A DNA stretch of 64,000 nt from Camelus ferus (Eukaryota): contig NC_045696.1 of the NCBI RefSeq assembly GCF_009834535.1, positions 14,572,001 through 14,636,000 of the forward strand, written 5' to 3'. The translations under genes and the position numbers were made by a program. Positions within the stretch are counted from its first letter, which is position 1. The number at the start of each line of letters is the position of its first letter. The notes under the pieces were generated by a model. That model was not told where the DNA came from. It saw nothing but the letters and a program-made list of their open reading frames with translations, and searched no databases. Below, piece by piece: positions 41,623 to 54,685 of this stretch.

Positions 41623-42062
41623 TGTGATGGCTCATTTCGTGTGTCAGCTTGGTTAGGGGACAGTATTTGGTCAAACATTGTTCTAGATGTTTCTTGAAGG
41701 TATTTTTTTAGATGAGATTAACACTTAAATCAGTAGACTTTGGGCGAACCAGATTACCCTTCATGACGTGTGTGAACATCATCCAATCAGCTGAAGGCCT
41801 TAATGGGAAAAGACTGGCCTCCTTCAAAGAAGAGGGAATCTGCCAGAAGAGTGCTTTCAAATGCAAAATGCAGCATCAATGCTTCCCTGGGTCTAAAGCC
41901 TGCCAGTCTACCCCGCAGAGTTTTGGACTTGTCAGCCTCCACAATTGTGTGAGCCAATTCCTTAAAATAAATCTCTCTTTCTCTTTCTTTGTTTCATATG
42001 TATCTACATATATATCTCACATTTCCTATTAGTCCTGTTATTCTGAAGAATCCTTATGAATA
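41623..42062 (+). mobile_element. MLT2 (ERVL) solo LTR, MLT2D-like
   Basis: tgtgatgg..gtgtcagcttgg, atccaatcagctgaaggcct, cctccacaattgtgtgagccaattccttaaaataaatctctc. Confidence 0.92.
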
Positions 42063-42779
42063 GTAATGTATCAGGCAAAAAGTTTATCTGTTTTATAAAT
42101 ATAAATGGTTCTAAATGACTCTCCTAGCCACAATTACCTCCACTCAGTGGGTACAATTTCTCCCAGTCTCTCATAAGTACATTCGATTTTCACACTTTAT
42201 TAGAGAAAGAGTACTCTAATTCCTTTACACTCATTACCAGCTTAGCACAAATCAATCTGTCATAACATTTTGACTCAAGAGGCTGGGCAGGAGGATTGGT
42301 TTAATTACCACTAAGTGGTTCAAAAAAGTCTTATCTACAAAGCAGGAAGAAAATAACCTCTTGTGAGTTTGGTACCCAGTACCAGACTAAGGCAGACAAG
42401 GAAGCAAGACAGAATTCCTACTGTGCTCAAGTAAGACTCATTGAGGAATTAGCAACAACAAAAAAAAGCAAATAAAACACTGAGCAAAATATCAGGAGAG
42501 AATGGGAAAATGGGAGTGTTGGATAGGTTCGGTATAGTAATACATAGTCCAGAGCAATGTCTGTTGAGAAAACAATAAACACAGATGCAAACAGAGAACA
42601 ATTTCCATGAAAGGCAATTTTTCTGTGATGACAGCAATATCCATCCCATGGTCTAGACATGAATTCCAAGTTAATAAATTTAGGCAAGTTAGTTACCTTC
42701 TCAGAGTTTCAGTTTTCCCATTTGTTTCACACTAATATTAAGGTCCCAAGATTTTAAAGAAATTTGACACATAAAATAG

Positions 42780-42972
42780 TAATTTGTCCCAACCCTGGCT
42801 GTGCAAAGACCTTAAAAAAGATTGCAGAGTTTTGTAAAAGTGTAGTCTCCTGGACTCTACCCCGGATATACTGAATTAGAACTTCTGAAGTGTGAAACTC
42901 TGAACTATCCCTGGAAAATGACTGGGGATACTAATGCTGTTGCTGAATGGATCTGCCTTTGAGATTCACTGA
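42780..42972. mobile_element. MER5B-like hAT remnant
   Basis: caaccctggctg...ctaccccggatatactgaattagaa. Confidence 0.55.
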
Positions 42973-43400
42973 GCTCTACAGCATCTTGTCCACTGTATAC
43001 ATGGTCCAGAGAAAGTGCCCAAAGAAGAATGAACCTGAGTGAGTAGTAGAAACAAAACAAAAAAACATTTACTTTAATTCAGAGGGGATAATTGGTCCCT
43101 CAGCAGAGTCAGTACTAGCCTGTACAGACCAGCACTGAAAGGACAGTGGTTTCTGTTGTGTGTGGACGTGTGTCCTGTACTCCACAGCTATAGAATTCAG
43201 CTGGAGGATATGATCAGACATAGTCAGAAAATATTTTTAAGTCAGTTTATCAAAAGTGAGAGCCCATTTTCCTGGTGCTAGTTTCTCCTCCTCACCCTGA
43301 TCCCCTCCCCGGCCCTGTGGGCTTCTTTAAGCCCTAGTAGCTAAACTGAGCACTTGAACATTACATGTAATGATACTCTAAATCAAGAAGGAATGTTGTA

Positions 43401-43534
43401 GGGGGTGGGAGTATAGCTCAAGTGGTAGAGCACATGCTTACCATGGATGAGGTCCTGTGTTCAGTCCCCAGTACCTCCTCTAAAAGTAAATAAATAAACT
43501 TAATTATCTCCTCTTACAAACAAACAAAAAAAAA
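43401..43534 (+). mobile_element. tRNA-Ala-derived SINE (Vic-1-like)
   Basis: gtatagctcaagtggtagag..gaggtcctgtgttcagtccccagtacctcc, taaa repeats, A tail; imperfect TSD aagaaggaatgt/aagaagaatat. Confidence 0.92.
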
Positions 43535-43829
43535 GAAGAATATGGAAGTGAAATTGAAAGCAGAAGCCATATTGCTTGATATACAAATTTTTCAGAGCAT
43601 GAAGGGAGGACTAAAATATATTAAGCTTTGCCTTATATAACCAGTTTTATTTTACATATTATGCCATATATCTAGTTTTATATACAGAACTACTTTATTT
43701 TATTGACTAGGCCCTCTAGAGAAGCCTATTTCATGTGAAAATCACACATTAAAAAAAAAGACAAAGATATATTATTCTTTTTAATAATATGAGATAACAA
43801 TGCTACCATTCAACTGAAATAGCCCTTCA

Positions 43830-44480
43830 TGAGCTTGGCAGTGATCCCTTTCTTGCTAATATCAAGCTGTTCACCATTTTGAATTACTCTTCCAATCTGC
43901 TTTCTTTATTATCGATCGCTTACTCCTTCTGAAAATATACTACTTTCTCAGCTGTCCTTATATAATAATTGAACTCCTCTGATGGCTCTGCCAACTTCTC
44001 CCCTGGGTCCTGTGTTTCTCCTCATACGACTTTTCTATCTGGCCTCCTTTCAGTCCACATTCCATCCATCACTGAACCCAGTTACTACAATGGAATATGG
44101 TTTACCAGCCCTGATCTGTTAGCTCTCTTGCCTAACTCCCAGATTTACCCATTGTGGTACTAGTTAACCAGTTTCCCATGCTGGCTAAATCAACAAAGTC
44201 CCCTTTGATCTTTTACTTTCCCTCATTCTGTAGATCCATTCAGTCATGTAAACCCATGTTTTCTATTTTGGGAAATATTGTAAATCTAAAGTTTTCCATT
44301 ATTAAGTCAAATCTATATCAATTTGTTCCTGGATAACTACGGAAACTCCTTAATCTTTCTTGAATCCAAGTTACCCCAGCAACACAATCAAATTTATAAA
44401 TTTTTCAAAATTAATTTTCAGACATCAGTTACATTATGCAATCAACATGTGCTAAATTCCCATTATATATGGAATTTTGT
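43830..44480 (+). mobile_element. Decayed L2
   Basis: Pyrimidine-rich L2-like body (actccttctgaaa, aactcccagattta). Confidence 0.45.
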
Positions 44481-45878
44481 GTTTGATTTTATATGACATA
44501 ACAAAGTCAAAGAATGGATCATAAGACCCAACTTTCAAGGAAAGTACCATTTATTAGATAATATAAATTCATTAGATAGCTAAAAAGCAAAATTAAACAC
44601 ATGAAATTGCATAATAGATGAATATTCACAGATTTCTAAGAAAGTTATGGTATCGAGGAAGGGGAGGAAATGTCAATTCCCATAGATTTTTAATATATGC
44701 TGCATTTAAACTGGCAGAATTCTTAGAATAAATAGTTAGCATTTAAGAGGTGCAAGTATAGTAAGTGGAGGAATTGTGTGCAATATTTAGAAGTCTTAAT
44801 AAGTTTGCTCTGAGATTAAGAATGGGCTACAAATAGACAATCAAAGATCAAAAATAATGGCTGAGGCTAGACCATTGACCGAACATCAATTAATACATAC
44901 GTAGATAGATAAATAGATTCATAGATACAAACAAAAATATATACAGATATTAGATGAGACAATAGAAAATTGGATGGATAGAATGATAGATATATAGCTA
45001 CAAAAATAACATTATGCATAAGGATAATGAAATTTAAAGGCCTCCAGGAGAGATTTTCAAGGAAATTACTTTGAATAACTTTTAAAGTTTTATTACATAG
45101 GATGAAGTGTCACCTGCTGATGTTTCAGTAAAAGGGTTAGGAGCTGAGGATCTGACAAGAAATTAAATGCAGAGCAAAATTTCCAGGTTTTTTTTGTTTG
45201 TTTGTTGTTTGTTTGTTTGTTTGTTTGGTAATAGGAACGAGGTAAGGGTGACTCTACAGATATTTTTATTTGCAGGTGAGATTTCTAGAAATTGAGAGGA
45301 TTCTCTACAGGAAACTTGTAGTTCATAAATAGAAGACATTTCACTGAGAACAATACCACAAAAGTAATTCATTTATTTTTTCCATACTTTAATTTTATTT
45401 TCTTAAATAAATCACAACATCGTTATATCTCACACATTTGAAGTTTCTCATCATGCAAAAAATGCAAAACTTTTATTTTTTTTCTTGCTAGATATTTAAG
45501 CATTTGAGTGTAGTGATTATGTGACTTTTTAAGATTCTATTTAAAAATAAGAGGGCCTGTTTCTGTTTTAGTGATAATTTCTCAAGAGGAAGAAAGAGTA
45601 AACATTTTTTCATTTGTTTTATCCATTTGAACCCTGACAAAAATCCACATGGAGAGATCTAGAGTGGATACTAACCTTCAAATTTAAATAAGACATTTTG
45701 CATTTTCCAGTTCCTGTGTAGATAGATAAAAAGATAACTTTTAATTCAGTCAACCTTTTATTCATTACTTGATATAAAAATGTAATCTCATTTGGGTGTT
45801 TTTAGCCATTGTATTTATGGCCAAAATCATTTCTTAATGAACAAAAATACTAATATTTTTAGTAATGTTGAATTCCAT

Positions 45879-46231
45879 TGTTAAAAACAAGGCAACAGGC
45901 CCCAAATGGAGTCACTTATGCTAGGCCCCACAACATAACAAAGACAGTTTTAGCAGTCTCAGGAATGGAATCCTAGACCAGTCAAGCAGGAATCTTCTGA
46001 TCAGTACCAGTACCAGTTAGTAATCTGCCTGATAGACTCCAGCCATTACTAAAGGAACATGAATTTGCAACAACCAACCTTGTTCCCTTTTAGTTAAGTC
46101 TAGTAAGTCTTTCATCTCATATAACTCCTTGGAGTCCCTTTCTATCTGTTAGATTGGATGATTCCTGATGCAAATCAAATTTTGCTCAAATAAACTGAAA
46201 AATTTTAATATCCTCAGTTTATATTTTACCA
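45879..46231 (+). mobile_element. ERV1-type solo LTR
   Basis: TG...CA ends, aataaa near the 3' end, perfect 4-bp TSD ccat at 45875-45878 and 46232-46235. Confidence 0.85.
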
Positions 46232-47499
46232 CCATCAAGCTGAAAGTCAAACTCAGACCTCTTAAGTGATCTGGATTATGCACAATATTTACTGTGACAG
46301 ATGTCTAGCTAGTGAACATCTACCTTCATTTAACTTTTATACTTCATTTAACTGGTATTGCTAGAAAAGACTTTTACAACCTTTGGCTACTTCACAGTCT
46401 CAAAAATGCAATTATGGATTCCAGTAGACCTTCTAAATAATTTTCCACTTCTCTGCCTATCTCAATCAAGTCTCCAGCAACAAAATCAGTAGTGCAGTTC
46501 CTCCACGTATCACATCAATATTGCTTATGGAGAAAAATTCCTTGAAAGATTTATTCTCGACATTAATTTTAAGAATTTAATAGATCTAGTAAATGATTGA
46601 TGCGCTAACCTTCTGACCATTTTAAGGCAATGTTTGCGCATGACTAAACAAATAGATCTTTGCAGAGCATAATAACATACACGTCTGCTCTCTGCTTTCT
46701 TGATTGATTTGGATCACTGTACAATCATTAAGCTGAAGTCTCTCTTAAAAGGTAGAAGGGACTGCTGGCAGGGAGCCACTTTGGCAAGCTCTTCTATGTT
46801 GTGGTCTTGTTCATCTGCAGAGACATGGATTAAGATAGAATTATAGGAAATCCTATTGAGGTGAAGGCCTACTGGATAAGAACAGGGAAAATTAATTTAA
46901 GCCTCTCGACTCCTTCAACATAACCTTTTAAAATACCAGGTTACAGTGTGTTCATTTCACTTGTAATTCTGATATGAGATACTAATGGAAATGACATTTG
47001 AAAAGGGACTGACTTTTGCGTATAAACTATCACTGGTATGTCCTAATAGTACCTTTCCATGTGGGCCTTAAATAGGATAACATTTTCCAGGTTAAGAGCA
47101 CAGATTAGAAGCTATTGAATTCTAAACCTGTGAAGATAAGCATGAACAATCTCTATCCCTTAGAGAGTTAAGAGCTCTGAAATGTTGATTTATAGATTAA
47201 AATATTAACCCAGCACTGTTATGGACGTCATAATTTTTCTGTTGTTGCTTTAATGGAGCCTTTAAAAGGCATCATTGTTCTTCCTTGGCCTTTAAAAGCT
47301 CATTGTAATGATACTAACTGATGCTTTACAAAGAGAAGGGGCCAATTTAGCAGAAAGACAGCCTTGAAATAATTAATTGAATCTCTTTAGTTCATGCCCC
47401 TCGCATCTTGGTTAGCCATAGATCAGAGGCCACCTGACCTAATAGTAATACTAATATTTATAGCCATTTATCTGCTCCTCGCACAGTCCTATAATAGCG

Positions 47500-47615
47500 C
47501 TCACTTTGTAGATTAGGAGCTGAGAGGATTTAAGTAACTTTTCCAAACTCATAGAGTCAGTCAGTGATGGATCCAGGAGATGAATTAAAATCAACCTGAA
47601 ATCAACTCTCGCTGA
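47500..47615 (-). mobile_element. MIR
   Basis: gctgagaggatttaagtaacttttccaaactcatagag. Confidence 0.7.
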
Positions 47616-47655
47616 TGTATTTTCTAGTAGTGTCAGCTCTACGTGTAGCTCATAT

Positions 47656-48311
47656 TGTTGCTGGTAGATGTAGCCAGTGTTCCAGGTTTTTGCCCCAACC
47701 CAGAGAGAATTCAGAGACAAGACACAGAGGTGAAGGAAGTAAAGTGGGGATTTATTAAGGGATAAGATAGCACACTCTCAAGGGTAGCGCGGGCAGGCGC
47801 AGGTGAGCAGCTGCGCTGTTTCTTTGGCAAGTTGGTTACTAGGGTGTAAAAATGAATGGGAGGAGTATTCATTGAAGAGGAAAGGGTCTGGGGTCGTATT
47901 TCCTGATTTTCATCCCAACTCCACCTTCCCAATGGGAGGAGGGATTTTTGTCCTTATTTAGTCTAGATCAGAAGTGCCATGGTGTCAGTGCGTGATGGGT
48001 ACTTCTCATCTGCAAGGCTAATTTTATTGATATGAAGGCATAATGAGCAAAAGGTTACATTCAGACACTAGAGACTCCTACTTTTCCCCACCTTTCTTTG
48101 TCAGCCTTTAGGCCACTTGTCACCCTAAAATGTGTGAATGCCTATCAGCCCAGAGGTTCCCGCTTTTCTTTCTCTGCCCAGAGATGCCCATTGTTTGCAT
48201 GATACAGGATTTTCTGTATTTGGCCAGTGCTCCACCTTTCTGCCCAATTTCTGCCACTTGGCCTGTGTCCTCCTTTCTCTGCTCATATCTAGCTATCTGC
48301 TTACTCTAACA
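47656..48311 (-). mobile_element. Relatively young ERV solo LTR
   Basis: tgtt...aaca termini, TSD atat/atac, minus-strand AATAAA at 47751-47756, retained CpGs. Confidence 0.85.
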
Positions 48312-48389
48312 ATACTGCCCTCAGGAATTTAAAAAAAGAAAAGAAAAAAGAAAAAGAGGAGAAAGAAAAGAACAGAAATAAAAGAAACG

Positions 48390-50100
48390 ACTCTTAGAGT
48401 TTCGGCAGAAATATCCCTTGATGCCCTGACATAAAGGCAGGACTTTAGATGCCAGGGGCACAGATGTGTCGCCTGAATGAAATGGCTGCTGGCCAGACAG
48501 CCAGATACCCATCCAGAGAAGGCTCCGTTCTGGTGCTGGGAGAATAAAGTGGGGGAGGGACAGTAAATGAACGGTGTGCCCAATAAAACAAAAAGGACAC
48601 ATGTTGCTTGCTCAGCTCGCTTACTATTTTAACCAAACTTTTGGAAGCCATAGCTAATGAAAGCATCCAAAAAACGTTTGAATAGTTGCTGTATGAAACA
48701 GGCTGGAAAATGAGGATGGAAAGACAAACAGAATAAATGATACCGTGGGTCTGTGTGTCCTTCATGCTGCAGTGAGAATATCTCAGGTCACTGGAAACTT
48801 CCAGGGAAGATGGCAACCTCTTTGGAGCAATTGTTTTGGGGTTTTTTTTCCAACTGTTTCTATATTTTGATCTGCCTAACTATTTTAGCCTCTAATGGGG
48901 AAATGGGCAACAGAAATATCATGCTGAAAAAAATCAGAAATAATATTTTCAAAGGCTAGACATGTACTCTTTGCTTTAGAAATAGCTTGTGTTTAATTAA
49001 CTCAAAACGACCTCAGACTTGGCCAGGACGAACCTGCCTCTTCTCTACTTAATGCTCAGTCCTAATTGATTTAGCTCTCTTTGTCTTTTCTTTACTGTGT
49101 GCATGGTAGTGGGTAGTAAGGGCAGGAAAGGAAAAAAGGAGATGGCAATTTTAAAATGTCAGCTTATTTTCCATTTATTCTTTCTATTATGAACAAAGCA
49201 TGTAAATCAACATTTGACATAAAAACTTCTGTGACATAAATGGTATACAATGTTCAAGTCATGAGCACGAAATATCTTTAGTTCACATAGTGTTTAACTG
49301 TGTGTATGTGTGTGTGAACTGATATGTTTATTTTTCTTTCTATCTAATGGGTGATTCAAATGGACTTTATCCATTATCTCCACCCTCAGGAAAACTGAAA
49401 CATTGTTGATATTGCTGATTACTATGTATATATTTTATACAGATGCACTAGAATACACTAGATTTTCCAAGAGTGTATAAATACTGCTTTCTTGAGAAGA
49501 GTTATCTGCCTAACAGACAGGGAAAAAAAGACATGGCTGCTTGGTGCTTTCTAATCCAAGTCTGGTATGAAGAACGCGTAAGAGAATGCTTGGAAGACCA
49601 TAGTGAGAAGATGCTTTGGAGAACTGACTCTAAGGATCCCATAGACACTAGTGTCTGCTTTTTCAGGTAATATCTGAATAGGACTTTCAGTTCAGGCAGG
49701 GCTTAGGCTCTGGAATGTGTGGATGGTCAGGGGAAAGCTGCCACTGACGAACCTGACTCAACGCGGATGCTGGGCAGGACCAAACAAATACAGACGAGGG
49801 ACGACATGGTGTTGTATCCACAGAGTAGAAGATGAGGGGGAGGAGGTGGCTGCTGAGGGCAATGCTTGCCTCAGAGGCTTGCAGGATGACAGCGCTCAGT
49901 GGGGAATGAAGGCCAGTGAGCTTATCAAGGCAGCCCAGGGGATAAATAGCCAATATTTGGAATTGACACCCCAGAGAGCAGTGACACTGGTTTCCAAACG
50001 TACCAGTGAGGTAGGATGTGTGCTTTCCTTGTCAGCCTGCCTCTCTTGTAGCAGAATGAGTGGTCAGGAGCAGAAGAACAATGAGAAAAAATACTAATAA
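48390..50100. promoter_or_regulatory. Candidate enhancer or alternative promoter region
   Basis: No repeat recognised, higher GC/CpG than flanks, TATAAATA 49476-49483, AP-1 TGACTCA 49754-49760; motif inference only. Confidence 0.35.
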
Positions 50101-53100
50101 ATATGCATACACACATGCATGCATACACAAACACGTGGATGGGTGCACAAATTTATACACACATTCCAGCACTCTTGGTCTCTGCAAGATTGCAAGTTCA
50201 AGTCAGGAGGCCTAGGCTGGATTCATGTGAGTGTGTGTCCTCATGTGTACACAGAATCTTGGACATGGCTGTGAGATTAAAGTTTAGGTTTGAAGTTTGA
50301 TCTTGGCTAACTTCAATTTGCGAAAAGTCAGAGAACATTTCTAGCCATACAATTTTCACTGTGACACGTATCATATGCTTATACATAAGCTATCCTGGTG
50401 CCTGTTTGCTTGTGCACTAAATATACTTCAGGAGAAACACGTTTGCTTTATAACACATGCACACAACAAATTTTCACACAATGAAACATTCTTTTTGTAA
50501 TTTGTTGATATTTATGGTTACTCTCTACCTATCAGTAATGAATCTCAAAATTTAATGAGAAATTTAAAACTGTCTCACTTTTTTTGAATTGGAAGGAAGC
50601 CTGTTCTTGTGAAATTTCATGTGTAATTATCAAATTTTTTTCCAAATATAATGAGAAAGCTGATTTGTCAATAAGCTTTTGTTGCTCGTCATTCGTACTG
50701 TACTGATAAATATTAGATGTAAACAATTCTCTTATTTATGTCTAATTTTGTTTGAACTATTTCCCACCTTAGTAACATAATTTTTATATTATTCAGGTAT
50801 AATCTATAGTGTATTTACCCCTTGACCATAAAGGCTATATGATAATTTTTTAAAGCTATGAGGATAATTCTTTGATCATCTTTCATTAAACTGAATGAGC
50901 AGTTGCAATGTGAATTTTAGAGCTAGTTGGATAATGGAGATTACTACTTGGGACGGATAAAAGAAAGTGAAGGGATTCAAAATATACACGTGTAACTGCC
51001 TCATCATTATGCCACAATTCACTCATAGGTGGGCCTCCGTGAATCATGAGGCATGAATAATTCCAGGAGTGAGGAGGAAGTATGCCTGTCAGGACCACCA
51101 CCTAAAGTCATGACTTTTATTTTCCTCGTTCACCAATGTGTTATTGTGTTCAAAGCTCAATTATTTATTGATCATGCCTTCCTAGGGGAAAAACATGACT
51201 AGCAATTTGATTTTCACCTCTATTTGCTTCATCTTCTTTAGTATAATACAGGTTTGGCTAAATTCACAATGCATCATTTGAAATTTCTTGGTTTTACTTG
51301 CTGTTCTTTATCTAACTCAGTGGGTTAGGGTTATTATATTTTTTACATGATTTTTTTTTTTACAAGTTAAGTGTTTTCTCCTGGTACAGAAGAACATAGA
51401 TATTTAAGCCCCCGAGGTAAAGATGATCCTTACGTCCTTTTGTGCTTTTAATTTTCAGCCTGTGTAGTTTTAATTCTCATCTCCACTGAGCTTGTGTGGA
51501 CAGTATCTGTAGAAATTCATTTCAGTCAATAAATCCACTATCTAAGCAGCAGCACAACTCGAAGGGTCACACTCCTGGCAGGCAGAAGTGATGTCATAAA
51601 GTCACTAGCTGTTGATTGCCAGTGGTAGATGATGAGACGTTTGGGAACTGACAGGTGGTGAGAGATTATTGCTGTCCTGTAAAGCAAGATGTCAAGAAGC
51701 ATTCCCAGCTGTTTTCCAGATGACAGACTGGTTGGGAATATTTGCCGTGAAATGGTCATTCTCATTTCTCACTCAAACATTTCAGCAGTGACTTCTGCAT
51801 TTACTCTAGAGATAAAGGAAGAAAAGCACACAGAAGCAAGCATCCGGTCAATCTTGTAGAGAGCCACTAGAAGTTTCCTTCCTTTCTAGCTACATGTATT
51901 TCCTTCTGATGGTTATTTTACATGATCTGGGGCATTTCATCTCATTATCAGTAGTGCCTGGGCCAACGACCCTTATGAGATGGATTTTGGAGTTCTACTT
52001 TGTTGCCTTCTCCAAACAGAACTATTCTTTTTTAAGAATGTCTGAACATCTCATGGAATAAACCCTGTCTGGATTTTCCACCTGCCCTTTTCTTTTTTTA
52101 AATCTTTAGGGTAATGCTGACATCATTGCTTGAGAGTTTCAGTGTGAATGCACAAAAAGGGACTCTCAAACAGACTCGTGTTAGTAGCTCACCCTCGGAA
52201 TGAGCTGTTCTGTAGACAGTAACTCTTTCTTACGTGGCCAACTCAAGATAATCAACTGTGAAAGCAATTCGGAGTGTATTTCAAGAGTCTGTAGAAAAGT
52301 TCCCAGTGGGCTTGGAAGGTAACTGAAATTGTATCAGTAAACAAATAGAAATGGAAGACTAATATCACCCCAAGATTAAGTACTTAAAGACTAAAGAATT
52401 ATACAGAAAGTTAAGAAGAGACTAATATATTTAGGTGGAAGCCTAGTGGAAAATTAAAACTAAATTTGATGAAAGAATGGTTTCTAACTGTAACATAAGA
52501 AGCTCTATTAAATATTTTCCATCTTTTAGGTGCTGTCTACATGTAATAGTATTCAAAGTTTTAAATGTAGATCATTCATAGACTTTGGATCACTTGGCAC
52601 ATACATGCAACATAACTGCGATTTCACAGGAAGGCAGAATGACTTGCTCAGCTATTTCCCTCCATTCTCATTTATAGACCTCTGTATCTGCTCATAATGA
52701 CAATTCTGTCCTCTATGGCTACTCTAGATAACCATCACTTATTTAATTAACTTGAATACATAATAAAATTAACATTTTGGTAGCATACAAAATACTCTGA
52801 TCAACAAACTTAAAATACAAAGAATCCATTTAAGTATTATAGGAGTTTTCTCTCCAAGGTTAAGACTGGAGATCTGTGTTCCATTTGTTGATACAAAAGC
52901 TGGCTTGAAAAATGGCAAAATTTCTTCACGTAAATCCCACGTACGTCACTAGTTACACACTACTTCTTTCTAACATTCAGGAGAAGCCAAATCATAATGT
53001 TTACATAAACCTATTCATTTACTTCAAAATACCCACAAAAAGAAATGTGACAAAATTTAAACAGCAATACTACTATTTAGTTATTTTTTTCCATGAAAAT

Positions 53101-54464
53101 CAAACTGAGTTATTTTTCCCAAAAATATTCTCCAAAGAAAGCAGAGCTTTACCTTATCGTGTTAACTTGGGAATTTTCCATGAAAGATTGTAAAGTATGT
53201 GTAGAGTTTAAAAGGTATATTACAGTATATTGCTACTCCAAAAAATGCCTTTAAATGGTTTTAAAATTCCAGTGCTCTACCTGAATGTTCCATGCAATAT
53301 TCTTAATTGCCTTACAGGTCCCCTATAATTCTGGGTTGGAAAAAAAGGCAAAACTGTAGCAGGCAGGCCAAAAATTCATTCCTTCATATTATGATTCATA
53401 AATATAAAGTCACAGCAATGTTAGAACAAATTGTTGTTTGTTTCCATTGGGAAAAAATGGACTCAAAATGCTTTTATCATATTTTACATCCTCAATATAG
53501 TGATTTGTTACTAAAGATAATATGAGTGGTTCCCATTTGAGAAAATTACTTATGTGTTAAATGACTTGTAAGGTAATATCTACATTGAAGTGGTTCCAGG
53601 ACTTGAATTCAAACACAACATAGAAGCTAATGGCCAGGGCAAAACAACTCACCAGTGGTTTAATAGAAAATAATTGAGTCTGCAACATACCCGTGGTCTT
53701 CAGCCTAAGTTGATTATTCTGAAATATTCACAAATAAATGTTATTACACATTTTTTTCCAAATAATATTTACTGGAGTGTAACTGGTACTGGTGGAATTT
53801 GAGTTCATGACTTGTTTAAGGTCATGAGAGAATTGTAAATGTTTGAACTGCAATCCATTCTTATCTTTCTTCCCTCTTCACTAAAGTTAAGAAAGCGGGT
53901 GAGTATGTATCTGTATTTTGCACTGGTGACGATAAAAGAAATTGAAATATACAGGTTCCCACATGGCTACAAGGAAGAGATTGGATTTATGTCATGGCTT
54001 TAATTCTCCTACAGATGACCTAAGCAATATTTTCAAGTGCAAGTAATAAATACTACTAGAAATATAAAATATTTTGCTATTTCAACAAAAGAGATAAAAA
54101 AACACGGTGTGGACTTCCATTAGGTATTATTGCTATCACTGTTATATAATGGACAGTCTTTAGGCTTAAGCAAACTTTCTCTTTTTTTTCTTGCTTATTT
54201 CTTTGTTTTCCCCCTAAATTAGGAGTATTATCCGAGTTTCCCTCTTCATCAGCTGGCTGATACTTCATTGTGGCCCTCTCCACAGTCAGACTGTGGAATA
54301 GAAGCAGTAACTACCCCAACACTTTTTAGTTGCCCCTAAGGAAAGCCACCCAGTCTCTTTGCACTGTAAACTTTTACTGCTCAGCACCCTGGGGAAACAC
54401 ATAAAGAACAGAAATATTTCAAGTGAAAAGGTTCAAAATTCTCATAATGTATATTATGAGCAAA

Positions 54465-54685
54465 GAGCAGAATTTTAGAGTCCGGTTGCTAAGGTTAGGT
54501 GAGCAGTTTCACTGCGTATTACATAGCTTTGTGGCTGTGGTCAAGATATTTAACTGCTCCCTTTTCTCGCTATTATAAAGAAGACAATCTTATGCCCACC
54601 TCGCATGGTGTTGTATAGATTAAATGAAATCATGCCTGTACACAGTGCCTGACATATAGGAGTAATTGATTCAACAGTTGTCAGC
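54465..54685 (+). mobile_element. MIR
   Basis: agctttgtggctgtggtcaagatatttaac...cctcgcatggtgttgtatagattaaatga...acagtgcctgacatatagg. Confidence 0.8.
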
